From Epithemia pelagica (lineage: Eukaryota; Protista; Bacillariophyta): a stretch of 64,000 nucleotides of DNA. The DNA lies in NCBI GenBank assembly GCA_946965045.2, contig OX337229.1:3968001-4032000 (forward strand). Reading direction: 5' to 3'. A program made the position numbers and the translations under genes. The notes under the pieces were generated by a model. The model did not search any database and was not told the origin of the DNA. It saw only the letters and a list, made by a program, of their open reading frames with translations. Positions 44,390 to 56,061 of the stretch are shown here, in pieces (the first letter of the stretch is position 1; each line of letters opens with the position of its first letter).

Positions 44390-45940
44390 GGTTCCCCTGT
44401 GTGTCTGACGTCCGCCCGCAATGTGATGTGCGATGATCCCTCTTGGAAAGTTTGAAACAGCCCCAATCGAAACAGGAATCAAACGATTGTGGTGGTCACA
44501 CCACACGTGACAACTGGATACAAGCCTTCTCTCTCTCTCTCTGGACCTCTGCTTTCTTCGACACCAAGTGACTCGAGAGAGCGGCGACCACCACAAAAGC
44601 GAACAAAAGAAAAATGAAGCCGATGTGCCATCGCATTGGTAATCCGCGGTTCCCACTAGTCCAGTCCCGGACCATATGCGACATGTCTTAGGACTTAAAA
44701 ATATGATAAGACATCAAATAATTAAATAATATTGAATTTACGACAAAACTATGACATATAAAAGACACTATCTGGACAAACGTCTCGAGATATTCTCGAC
44801 CCTCGACCACACCGTGGTGTAATCTTCCCGACGACAATGGCGGTCCTTGATCTACCTGTATGAATTCGCTGCCCTTTTTTCAATCGCTTTTAGTGCCGAT
44901 AAGGGACTTTGAAAAGCACTGTTCGTGGATCACAGAATTTTTGGGGGGAGATTAGATCCTTCGCGAGAGGCTCCTCGAGCGTTTACCCCCTAGCGGGGGT
45001 GAGTCATGAGGATTAGTGACCGGAATTTGATGAGCATTCACCCCCAAGGCGCGACCTCTGCGCTCTCGACTTTGACACAAACCTGCCAGCCACAACCTGC
45101 AGTCATCACGGCAATGGAGGTGCCAAACCGTGTTTGATATCCCTACAATGTCTTCTTCATCGCACAAACGCCGTCGCAGTTCCCAGAAGTCCATTCGGAA
45201 GCTCATGGTTCCCATGGCTCGGCCGATTCCAATGCCTCCGAAGTAAAAGAAGAAGAACCAAGTGACCCTATCGCTGAAATGGTATCTCTCCCTTCTTCAA
45301 GAACGAGCGTCTCTGGTACCCAACCTACTGCGTCGATATCGCTGCCACTCGGGTCCCTCCTTTCATCACCCCTTTCGCGAAGCAAACTGTTCCTTCGACC
45401 AGCAGTACCACGGTTCCAACAGCAGGTCCTAGTGATGCACCATCTATTTTATGTGCCAGCGCTGCCACAAGCGATGTGTCTACAAGCGTCTCCTCCCTGG
45501 AATGCCCACAACCGAGTCCAAATACTAACCATGCGGCGGGCTCGTTGCTTGCATTGTCCCACGACTGTCCTCGTCCACAAGCAAGCACACAACATCCATC
45601 AAACGATACTGACCAGCAACCTCATCCTTCCAGCACTGACCAAACCAATCTACTGTTGACAAGCGAGCACCATCGATCTCGTTTGATCTTTGGCACTATC
45701 GTGCGTCGGTCGGGCAAATACAGTTCGGTGGTGCTTCAGACCCTGGCACTACTGCGACCGATACGATATGGGGCAGGATTGCATGTTGCAGTCCCTTTAT
45801 TGGTCGGATGGAAGTGTTAGAATTCTCACCGTCTATGGTGGTTAGATTCTACATCTCATCGATTCCCCATGTCACATAGCCTTGTGCTATCGCATCATGC
45901 CATCGAGCTTCGAGCTATGTTCCCTAGCTTCGCGCTATAT

Positions 45941-46698
45941 TGTTAGGATTCTCACCGAAAACTAGGTGGCGAAATCTACAACTCATCGAATGATGCTAGT
46001 ATTTTATGGCATCCGATGACATTTTCCTAAAAGTGAGAAAAGAATGTCGGCATGCTCGCGAAACTATAAATTTGGCCACGGCATGCTCGCATTGCACGCG
46101 TTATCGGCGACCGCTCGGATATTAACTATGGCCCAACACGTGCGCGCCCAAAACTATCAAGTGCGCGCCTCTACTATCCGAGTACGCGCATCCACGATTC
46201 GACCTAACGGTCTATGTAATCAAAGCACGAATCACGATCACGCGAGACCATATCTCTGTTCCCACAAATCCAAGAATGCAAACAGCAACGCGCCCAGGAC
46301 AAGACTTATACCACGACAAAGCAAGAGCTGTTGCATCCCATACATGTTATCCATCACCCTATACATTCAATATACACCAATGCCGGTCTACTCCAACCAG
46401 TGAGGACCTATCACACCAGATCCATGGCCGTATACAAGAGCCAGGACTTCGGCACCATCAACCACCTTAGTTAGTAATCGTCTCACAATCATTAATATCA
46501 CCATTTTAACACTCATCTTAAGACTAACCTCTTATCAGTGGACCGACTGCCCCCACCCACGGCAGACTTCGACTTGCAACTCTTCTCTGACCCGTGGAGG
46601 ATTGTTGTATCGGTTGGTGATTCGATTGTCGGCTCAGCGAGCCTTTTACCTATCCTACCTATCTGTCTAACCCCTGTTGAATCGAGAGAAGTTTATCA
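45941..46698 (+). repeat. 5' LTR of B
   Basis: TGTTAGGATTC...TTTATCA. Confidence 0.95.
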
Positions 46699-46712
46699 GA
46701 TTAACAGTCTCA
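46699..46712 (+). other. PBS of B (GATTAACAGTCTCA)
   Basis: Identical to the family-A PBS; zero gap to the LTR. Confidence 0.75.
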
Positions 46713-46736
46713 TCGTTTATTTCCGAGAAGCTTTCG

Positions 46737-47176
46737 ATGTCTCACGACGATTCCAACCTCTCTATTCGACACATCTTTCATTCCTTCCAGCAAAGCGGGG
46801 AGGAACTCCATCCACCCGTGTCCCATCCGGGCGAGCCCTTGATTGAAACTCCGAAACAGACCCGGACTCAGGCCAGTGCTCCGAATCCCTTCCAGACCCC
46901 GGACCAAGTGGTCCAGCCTCCTTCGATTCCGACTCACCCTTCGACTCCGCCTCGCCGTTTGAACCCTACTCGCACCCGACGTACGAGCCGTCTTCTTACT
47001 GCGCATATCCGACACTTCCGCGAGCCGACTGAGTCGACTACCGACCCCGACGTGATCCGTTCCACAACCGAACGCGAGATCGATTTCCAGTCCGTCCAAC
47101 CCGTGACTGACCTTGAGGACATCCAACCACTTCTCGACCTCTTGTACCAGTGCTCGAGACGCCGTTTCATTGTCCA
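46737..47176 (+). pseudogene. ORF0 of B, 5' part (continues 55554-55869; 251 aa when rejoined)
   Basis: 440+316 nt = 252 codons in frame across the GTCCA TSD; homologous to family-A ORF0. Confidence 0.85.
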
Positions 47177-47956
47177 TGTTACAATTCTTTCTGAATCGTA
47201 GGGACATTGATGCTCGGTAGAGCAGACAATCAGGTAGGTCACCAACCGATACAAGCTTCTCAGGGTCAGAGAAGCAAGCAAGTCGAAGTCTATCAGAAGG
47301 ATAGTCAGGACACAAAAGAAGATGTGATAAATGGTGATATTGTTAGATTGTGTGTTGATTACTACAATAGGTCTACGTGAAATGCTCGGTCCTGCCAAGG
47401 GTCATGTGTCATAGGTTCTTGGCGGCAACAGGTTTGGAATAGTTGGAGTCGATTCATGTGATGTATATGACATGTATATGTGGACGGATAACATATACAG
47501 GGTCAACAGCTCTTGCTTTGGATTGGCATAGTTGTTTTCATGGCGCGCAGCTTGTTGACAATTTGGAGATTGTGGGAATGGAAATATGGTCTCGCGTGAT
47601 CGTGTGTCGTGCTTGGGATACTTAGACCGTTGGGTCGGATAGATGCCGACAGCGCTCGGATGTCGCTTGGGCGCGCTCGATGATTTCGGGCGCGTACGCT
47701 TAGGGCGTTAGTATAATGTCCGAGCAACGGCCAAATTTACGTCCGTTGTAATACCGCACGACCCAGTTTAGTCTTGAGAGTGAGTTCGTCAATCTATTCT
47801 CACTTTTCATGATTTGCGAAATATAGGTCGATATAGCGCGAAGCTAGGGAACATAGCTCGAAGCTAGATGGCATGATGCGATAGCACGAGGCTATGTGAC
47901 ATGGGGAATCGATGAGATGTAGAATCTAACCACCATAGACAGTGAGAATTCTAACA
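47177..47956 (-). repeat. 3' LTR of A1 (780 bp)
   Basis: Its first bases TGTTAG supply the last codon and stop of RNase H. Confidence 0.95.
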
Positions 47957-50900
47957 CTCCCCACAACTCGTCGTTTCAGCCTTGTCATCATTGGATTTGT
48001 TGAGGTCTTGAACTTCTCCTTTCCAAAACAACAATGGCTTGAGCATGGGCCAAATAGATACGAAATCCCAATGTTTGCTAAGGATATCGGCAGGGTTGGT
48101 CTTTCCATCTTTCCAGTAGAATGCAACATACTTTGCTGCGATGGCTTCACGAACTCGGTGATATGACAGAAGATGGTGTCTCTTGGATAGTATGGAATGA
48201 GGAACGGTTGCATTGAGCACAACAGATCTGTTATCTCCGTACATGTAACTTCGCTCTCGGATAGGTACTCCAAGGTAGCGGAGAGAATGTCGTAATTCTG
48301 TAATCTGATCTATTGCTGTCCTTGCAGCCACAAACTCGGATCCATAGGTAGCAGTTTCCACCGTGCTCTGTCTCTTGCTGTACCAGTCAATAGGTGTTCC
48401 GTTCAACAAATGTAGAACAGCAGTGACGGATTTACCAGTGACTATGTCATGCATGAGATTGGCATCAACATAATGAGTTGTGGTAACATAGCGGCCAAGA
48501 GGTGTTGGACAGTCTTCAGGAATACGTTCACTTGCATTCGAATAGACAGTGCGAGTCCAATCAAATTCTTGGGTAGGAAGACTTGAATAATCAGGCTCTC
48601 CAATCCTAAATCTGATTGCGCCTTCTGGGAGATGTGCAAGGTATCCATAGATACGCTTGGCTCTATCAAGATGTCCTTTCCTCGGAGCAGCACGAAAGCG
48701 TGATAGCGTCATTGTAGCGGTGAAGACGTCGAAACGACCAATAGTGATCACCCATTGGAGTTGTCCAATCAGAGTTTGGAAATGGCTAGTACCTTCTTCA
48801 TCAAGGAGCTCAGAATCATCCAATTCAGGATGGTCTCCACCAATAAGAGGTGTTTTGGCTTTCTTGGGTTTCTCCTTGAAGATTCGTTCGAAAGTGTCCA
48901 TCATCTTACCAATGTAGCGTCTTGGATCTGCTACTAATGTTCCATCAGAATCCTTGGTGTAACAACATCCCAAGTGGAAATCAATAGGTCTATCTCCTTT
49001 GAGTTTGAAGTTGTATTTCTCCTTCAGGATCTTGCAGATATTCCCAGGATCAGTAGAAATAATGGCTAAGTCATCAACGTATACGGCAATGTATTCGTAA
49101 CAGTCTTCTCCAGGTGCTTTCCTCATCCAGATATCCGGATCTGCTTTGCTTGGTGAAAATCCCATGTCTGTCAAAACATCAAATAAGACATCATGCCAGC
49201 GTGCACCTGATGACTTCAATCCATAAAGTGCCTTGTATATAATCAGGATGTGACCTTCTAATTCCTTGAATTCAGGTCCTGCGACAATGAAAATTTTCTC
49301 CCCTGTCAAGGCTTCCAGATATGCGTTTCCAATATCTGCTCCCCATATTTCCAAGTCATTCAAAGTACCCAGGAATAAGGCAATGCGGAGGTTGCGAATG
49401 GAAACAACACCTGAATAGATTGTCTCAACAGGTTCTTTTGTGAGATGTCCATCTGCGACAAGTCTCGCTTTATGTCGTCCATCATGTTTTACGTCAAAGA
49501 CAAGATGTACACGTATCTTATGATATCCTTCAGGTGCATTGGATACTTTCCCTTTAATGAAGATGGCTTTCCCAAAATCCTTGAATGTCTTGTAGGACTG
49601 GATCTGTGACAATTCTAATTCTGTTGCATCCTGCCACTTTGTGTTGCCATGTTGTTTATCAAGAGCGACAGCTTCCTCATAATTGCGTGGTACTTGGAAT
49701 CCAAACTTATACTTGACGGAATGGTGAACTTGTTTAATCCTTGACTGTTTGGCTGCTCGAATGAGACGTTTGCTTGTTTTGACATAACGTTTCAAATGCT
49801 TCCATCCCAGTAAACCATGTTTCTTTCCATAAATTGCTACAGTGATCGGATCATCATTGGCGATGAGTGATAAAGGTTCATAGGTAGTCTCCCCAGTTTC
49901 CCAATCAACAAGCAAATTATATTTGCTCCCCTTGTAATCTGGATCAGTTGTGTTCAGTGGGCCTTGATGGGCAATGACGTCCCTGAACCTGAAAAGATTA
50001 TCTCCAGAGGTTTAAGCTTGGTTATCTCGTTCGATATACTCCATGAGTTGATTATAGGATATCATCTCATCAACATCAGAATTTGTCTTTCGGTAGATGT
50101 ACTTGACACGTTCTTCCTGTTTCGTTGCTTCTTCATTAAGATCAATGACTCGTTTGATGACACGTGCACGGTGTCGCTCCCCATTTTCTTCTGTGTCGCA
50201 TAGGAATGTGCATCCTATCATGTCGTCAAAATCGATCGTGGGCATTGGTTTGGATGGATCTTCACTATCACTGCGAATGAAGACAGTGTCAGCTTGCTTA
50301 TCATTGTCATCCTTCTCAGACGAATCCTCCCCTGAAGGTCGATCCACACGTAGGTTAGGTGTAGTGGATTCAACACGGCGAACGGCAGAACGGTAGATTA
50401 TCTGGTTATCCTGGGTGAGAATCTTCCAAGTAAAAGAATCACCAACGTTGTGAGCAAAACCAACCCAGTGGCCAAGTTTCTCATCAGAAGAAGATGGATA
50501 TGAACCAGAATTGGGTTCAGCGGGGTCGACACGGTAGTAAACCTCATCCCAGAAAGGAAAGAACAAGAGATGAGTAATGTCGGGTGGGCGTCCGGAGAGA
50601 GCCTCAAGAGGAGTGCGACCGGAATGGGTGGGTGATGACGTATGGTTCAATAAGTCACAGACATACTCAAGGCAAAGAAGCCAGGTGTTGGCAGGGCAAC
50701 CAGTGGCATTCATGAGAGCGTTGGTCATACGTTTAACGGTCTGGTAACGGTTTTCAGCCTTATTCTGGTGTTGATGATAAGGTTTGGATCGATACTCCCC
50801 AATAAGCAAAGTGCGAAGAATGTCTTTGACCTTTTGAGAGATGAGAGATGAACCACCATCACTGATAAGAGTCTCCATGGCACCACGAAACCGGATGTTG

Positions 50901-53629
50901 TCCTGAAGAGTATTGACAAACTGTTTGGTTGACTTGATCCCATAGATATCAGTAACCAGAGTATCTCGACCAACAAAGATTTGTGCGACTTTACCTCCAT
51001 GGTCAACAGCAGGGGTGTCGGAGAAAACCGAGTCCGTAGCAACGGGTTCATGACGTCGAGGTATATTAAGGACCGGATTGCGAGCCTTGAAATGTTTCTT
51101 GAGGGTGTCGTGGTCAAAAGTAATGCTACCATTACGTGTAGTGTGCTTGAACGTATCGGCAATAACATCTTCAGATTGCCAACCAAAGAATGGACGGAAC
51201 TTCTTCCAGTCATACGCTTCCTGGTAACGACGGTGGACAGAGGCATGAAGTGTAGGATCATTACCTTCTGCGTCAGCATAGATAGAAAAGAAGGGTGCGT
51301 CGTCAGGTCCATGATCGTATGGGAGATCCAAAAGGAGATTGAGGTTACAAACAACACAATCAGTGTACTCCCCATAGTTGTCATATGGATGGTTTGACAG
51401 ACTACCATCAGTCTTTACGTGTTTCCAATCAGCATCATTGTCAGAGGGTGTGGGAGAATACGAATGGTCCAGAACACCAGGATCCCATGTGTCGGGTGAC
51501 GTGAAGATGATCTGAGGTAAGGTATCCATGTCATCATCGCTGGGGATACCCAAGGAGTGGATGTAGGCTAACCCATCCTTGATGTGAAGGGGTATAGCAC
51601 GACCATCAAGTGTAGTGATGCATTGTTTACCATCAACTTTAACAGATCGTTCATCAACAGCAAGTCCGAAATGCTCGAATTGACCAGGAGCATGGATCGA
51701 TAAGCCCTTTCCATAATAAGCATATTCATTGAAGATGCCGACAATAGGTCCATCATTGGTCTCAAACTTTGCGGCACATGTGACGACAGGAAGTCCAGTA
51801 AGTTCATGGTTATCAATACCCACAATAGTGATATGGCGACCAGTCTTAGAAAGGATGCGCATGTCAGAACCAGCAAGTCCTCCATTAGCACCACGGTCAA
51901 TCAGTTGATTTCCTGGTAAAGTAGATTTCCTGGAAAACAAATAGCGTGGAACATGTCCTGCTTGTTTATGCATGTTGGCTTTGAAAGTAACCTTCTTGCT
52001 CGTCTTGGACTTGGCGTTAGAAAGAACACTAGTCAGGTCAGTTGCCGGGTGATTGATATCAGTTGTCATGGCTTGGTTGATAAATTGTGTAACCGGATCT
52101 GAATCATCTGGATGCTCAGGGACTACGCCAGGAGAGTCGTCATCAGATGCAACTTGGCTGGGGTCAGGATCAGGTTCCGGATCAATGTCGAGGGCATGTG
52201 TTTGCACTTTCCTCGGTGTTGTTGATGAAGGTGCTTGAATCATCTTGTTATACTCAATGATCAACTTGCGATCTTCTTCAGAAAGTTTGAACCATAGGTC
52301 ACGCGGTAGACTAACCTTGGACGAAGAGGATGGAGATTCAGATGTCGCTTTGGTGTTGTGGACATGATACTCCATATCATCTTGTGAGGTTATGTCAGCA
52401 TCTGTATCTTGGCCATATAGTGATTCATGTTGTTTGACATGTCGACGGCGACTATGAACAGATGACTGGGTTGCTTGATCATGGTCATAAGCTGCGTCTA
52501 GAAGGAGACGGAAGTATGATTGATAGCAAAGGGATTTTGCACCGGATTTGGTGTTCACCACATTATCCAAGATCTTGACTCGGCAGAGATCAGGTACCTT
52601 TTCTACAGCTTGCATGAGGAAGGTCATCCTGGTATGATCAGGGATGCGATCAGACAATGTCACTAGATTGTCTAGCAAACGTAGCTGCTCTTGAAAATGT
52701 AGAAGAAATTGACGTGTTGTTCCGCGCCATGTATCGTCAAGACGTAGATTGGAAATGTAGTTGGTTAAACGGAGGACTTCTCGCTTTGCTAGGTCGGATT
52801 CGGTATGCAAAGAGTGTAACTTCTGCAATACGGCACGCGCATCTTCATCATGTTCATGTTCACGTACATAGGCTCGACCTTGGTCAGTCTGAATGATACG
52901 GACAAGAACGGAGTAAAGAAATACTTGTTGCTCTTGAAAAAGTTCTTCGGCATGCTCATCATCATGGGGTGGTGTGTATTTGAAATTCAGAACGTTGGAT
53001 AGGCCTTGAGCCTTAGCTGTAGTCTTGAATACACGCCAGAATGAATCGTAGTATCGTTCATCCTTGAATACCTCATATACAGTTGCGTTGCGCTTAGTTC
53101 CCTTTCTGAATGCTGTAAGGTCTTGTTGAGATTGGGATGCGGCAGTAACTGTGCTGACAGATTTCACAGATGACGGTGACTTCATTGGCGAGACTGGAAC
53201 TTGGCTAGGTGGTCCCTTAGAGAAATCTGTGTTGATCCTCCAAGTGTTGAACTCTTTCCTTGTTAGGTTCATCCAGTCGCTATTGGATAGCTCGTCTTGA
53301 ATTTCATTGGTCTTGTATATGGCCCAATAAGCCAAGAGCTTGATCTGCTGTCTTGTGGGGCCTTGTAGATCATGTGTCTGTTTGTTGACCTTGTATTGTG
53401 TCAGTTCCTTCATGGATTCCTCGGTATTAGTTTGCATATACGAGATAACATGGGTAATGTTCTCAAAACCATGGTATTTCATCCACTTCATTAAATAGTT
53501 GGCCCTTTCTTTGGTAAAGAATTGGCAGACAGTAAATATGATGTGGTCGAATAGGTCTGTGTTCGAGACATTGTCTTGGTTATCTTCTCCCTTAGGAGTC
53601 GTAGGTGTCTTGGGTGATTGAGGATCCAT
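47951..53629 (-). pseudogene. gag-pol of A1, one reading frame with a single premature TAA at 50012-50014
   Basis: Protease LIDRGANGG, integrase ATDSVF/ISDGG/KAENR, RT GADIGNAY/VYVDDL, RNase H YVDAN. B has CAA at the stop position. Confidence 0.9.
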
Positions 53630-53949
53630 GGTGTTATTTGGTTGGTTCGATGTTTATTTAATGTGCGGTGTGATGTGGTTTATTTAATGTGTGATGTGAT
53701 GTGAACCCGGATGTACCACGTGTGCCACGTATGTACCACGTATGTGATACCCGGATGTGTGTTGTGATGTGCGACTCCTGGAAATTTCCGTTGATTCCGA
53801 CAAATTTTCGCCGAGTTTCAGCAAATTTTCGCCGAATTTTCGCGATTTGACGGGAATGTGTGGCGTGTTGTGCGACCAAGGGTACCCGGATGTGCGTTGA
53901 GTTTAAGTCTTGGAAAGGTTTTGAGAGGACGGGAGTTAATTATGAGTAA

Positions 53950-54729
53950 TTAAGCTTCGGTCTCCGAATCCCCACTCTCTTCCGAATGATCAGAGTCGTT
54001 TCCAGGCTCAGATGGGGCAGCAAAAGCAACAGAAGAAGGGGTATCACCTTCAGCCAAGTGGTTCTCGACCTCGGTACGCAAAGGGAAGATAGTTGCACGA
54101 TGGTCCTCGATGGTATGGACCTCGTGGATGTAGGCAACGTAGTTATCTAGGCGTACAACGTTAGGAGGCAGAGGGCAAGTCGTCGCGTTCACGACGTGGA
54201 TGGTATTGTAGTATCCAGTTGGGCGCTCGAAGGTTAGGAAGCGGAGGTGGACAGTACGGATGGGGTTGCCCGAGAGGGCAGTCAAGATGAGGCGACGCCT
54301 CGGAGAACGATGAAGTTGGTCGTTCAGACGGTCAATGTCTTCTTGGTCGACGATGTGGGTCACCGATTGGAACTGGCGTTCGATCTGGGTCTCCCCACGG
54401 ATGATCTCGGGATCGAAGGTCGAACAAGTTGGTTGACGGAAGTACTTGATATGATCAGCAATCAACCGGGTGGTACGACGGGATCGAGAAGGGACGAGCC
54501 GACGAGGCGGACTCGGGGGCCGAAGCAACGGCGCAGGGATCGGAGCGTGAGGCTGGGTTGGAGTCTCGAATGGGTTGCTGTTGGAACTGTCGACGGAGAT
54601 GTTGACCGATGTGTTGGCTGCCTTCGGCGTCGGCACCAGTTCCTGCTGCACCAGGGTATCGGGCTGCCCGGGATGCAGTTTGGCTCGATAGATCTGTCGT
54701 ACAGGAGTGATAAGCTCGTTAGTATCCAT
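53950..54729 (-). CDS. ORF0 of A1 (259 aa, unknown function)
   Basis: Intact ATG-TAA ORF starting 22 nt after the PBS; conserved in A2, A3 and B. Confidence 0.88.
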   Translation of the reverse strand: MDTNELITPVRQIYRAKLHPGQPDTLVQQELVPTPKAANTSVNISVDSSNSNPFETPTQPHAPIPAPLLRPPSPPRRLVPSRSRRTTRLIADHIKYFRQPTCSTFDPEIIRGETQIERQFQSVTHIVDQEDIDRLNDQLHRSPRRRLILTALSGNPIRTVHLRFLTFERPTGYYNTIHVVNATTCPLPPNVVRLDNYVAYIHEVHTIEDHRATIFPLRTEVENHLAEGDTPSSVAFAAPSEPGNDSDHSEESGDSETEA

Positions 54730-54765
54730 GAAACCACAAGGAAATAAGCTTTGAGACTGTTAATC

Positions 54766-55548
54766 TGTTACAATTCTTTCTGAATCGTAGGGACATTGAT
54801 GCTCGGTAGAGCAGACAATCAGGTAGGTCACCAACCGATACAAGCTTCTCAGGGTCAGAGAAGCAAGCAAGTCGAAGTCTATCAGAAGGATAGTCAGGAC
54901 ACAAAAGAAGATGTGATAAATGTTGATATTGTTAGATTGTGTGTTGATTACTACGATAGGTCTACGTGAAATGTTCGGTCCTGCCAAGGGTCATGTGTCA
55001 TAGGTTCTTGGCGGCAACAGGTTTGGAATAGTTGGAGTCGATTCATGTGATGTATATGACATGTATATGTGGACGGATAACATATACAGGGTCAACAGCT
55101 CTTGCTTTGGGTTGGCATAGTTGTTTTCATGGCGCGCAGCTTGTTGACAATTTGGAGATTGTGGGAATGGAAATATGGTCTCGCGTGATCGTGTGTCGTG
55201 CTTGGGATACTTAGACCGTTGGGTCGGATAGATGCCGACAGCGCTCGGATGTCGCTTGGGCGCGCTCGATGATTTCGGGCGCGTACGCTTAGGGCGTTAG
55301 TATAATGTCCGAGCAACGGCCAAATTTACGTCCGTTGTAATACCGCACGACCCAGTTTAGTCTTGAGAGTGAGTTCGTCAATCTATTCTCACTTTTCATG
55401 ATTTGCGAAGAAATATAGCTCGATATAGCGCGAAGCTAGGGAACATAGCTCGAAGCTAGATGGCATGATGCGATAGCACGAGGCTATGTGACATGGGGAA
55501 TCGATGAGATGTAGAATCTAACCACCATAGACGGTGAGAATTCTAACA
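54766..55548 (-). repeat. 5' LTR of A1 (783 bp)
   Basis: 6 substitutions and one 3-bp indel versus the 3' LTR (hand count). Confidence 0.95.
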
Positions 55549-55553
55549 GTCCA

Positions 55554-55869
55554 AGCCCTGCTGGGCAACCCTGTGGAACCCATCCGTATTCCATTCATCT
55601 CCTTTGAACGTCCAACCAACTACTTCCACACCATCTGGATCGTCAACTCGACAACGAATCCGCTACCTACCCCGACTACTCGTCTCGACGAGTACGTCTC
55701 CTTTGTTCACGAGATCCATCTCTGCCAGGATTTCCGTGCGACTATCTACCCTCTCTTCACTCAACACGTGAACCACTTGTTGGAAGACGACGACGTTGAA
55801 GAACTAGCCACTACAGTGACCGATTCCGCATCTCGTCTTCAGTACCGAGCCGAAAGTGACCAAGAATAA
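55554..55869 (+). pseudogene. ORF0 of B, 3' part
   Basis: ALLGNP...FERPTNYFHTI...RLDEYV...RATIYPL aligns with family-A ORF0. Confidence 0.85.
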
Positions 55870-56061
55870 GTAACTTTACGTAGTTTCTACACCAAACCAG
55901 ACACAAAACCGAGTTCCGCACATCCGGGTTCCAAGCACATCACACATCCGGGTACCTACATACGTGTCATATCCGGGTTCTTTTCACACCGGTTAAATAA
56001 AATTTTCGCAAGGACATCACGCTACACACTGTGATAACAGCTGAACCATACAAGTACTATC

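Larger units (their letters stand above)
47177..55548 (-). mobile_element. Full-length family-A copy A1 (8372 bp)
   Basis: LTRs at 47177-47956 and 54766-55548; TSD GTCCA (47172-47176, 55549-55553); PBS at 54752-54765; ORF0, then gag-pol. Confidence 0.97.

Noticed and set aside
44030-44545. (GAT)n and (CT)n runs
   Set aside because: Ordinary microsatellites or low-complexity coding tracts.
44800-45814. Short overlapping ORFs upstream of the A2 insertion
   Set aside because: No recognisable motifs or consistent frame; a gene cannot be supported.
50012-50014. Stop-codon readthrough separating two pol ORFs in A1
   Set aside because: Family B has CAA at the same codon, so this is a point mutation.
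47177-55548. Inner element A1 has more LTR differences (6 plus an indel) than its host B (4)
   Set aside because: The counts are too small to differ meaningfully; no age paradox can be claimed.
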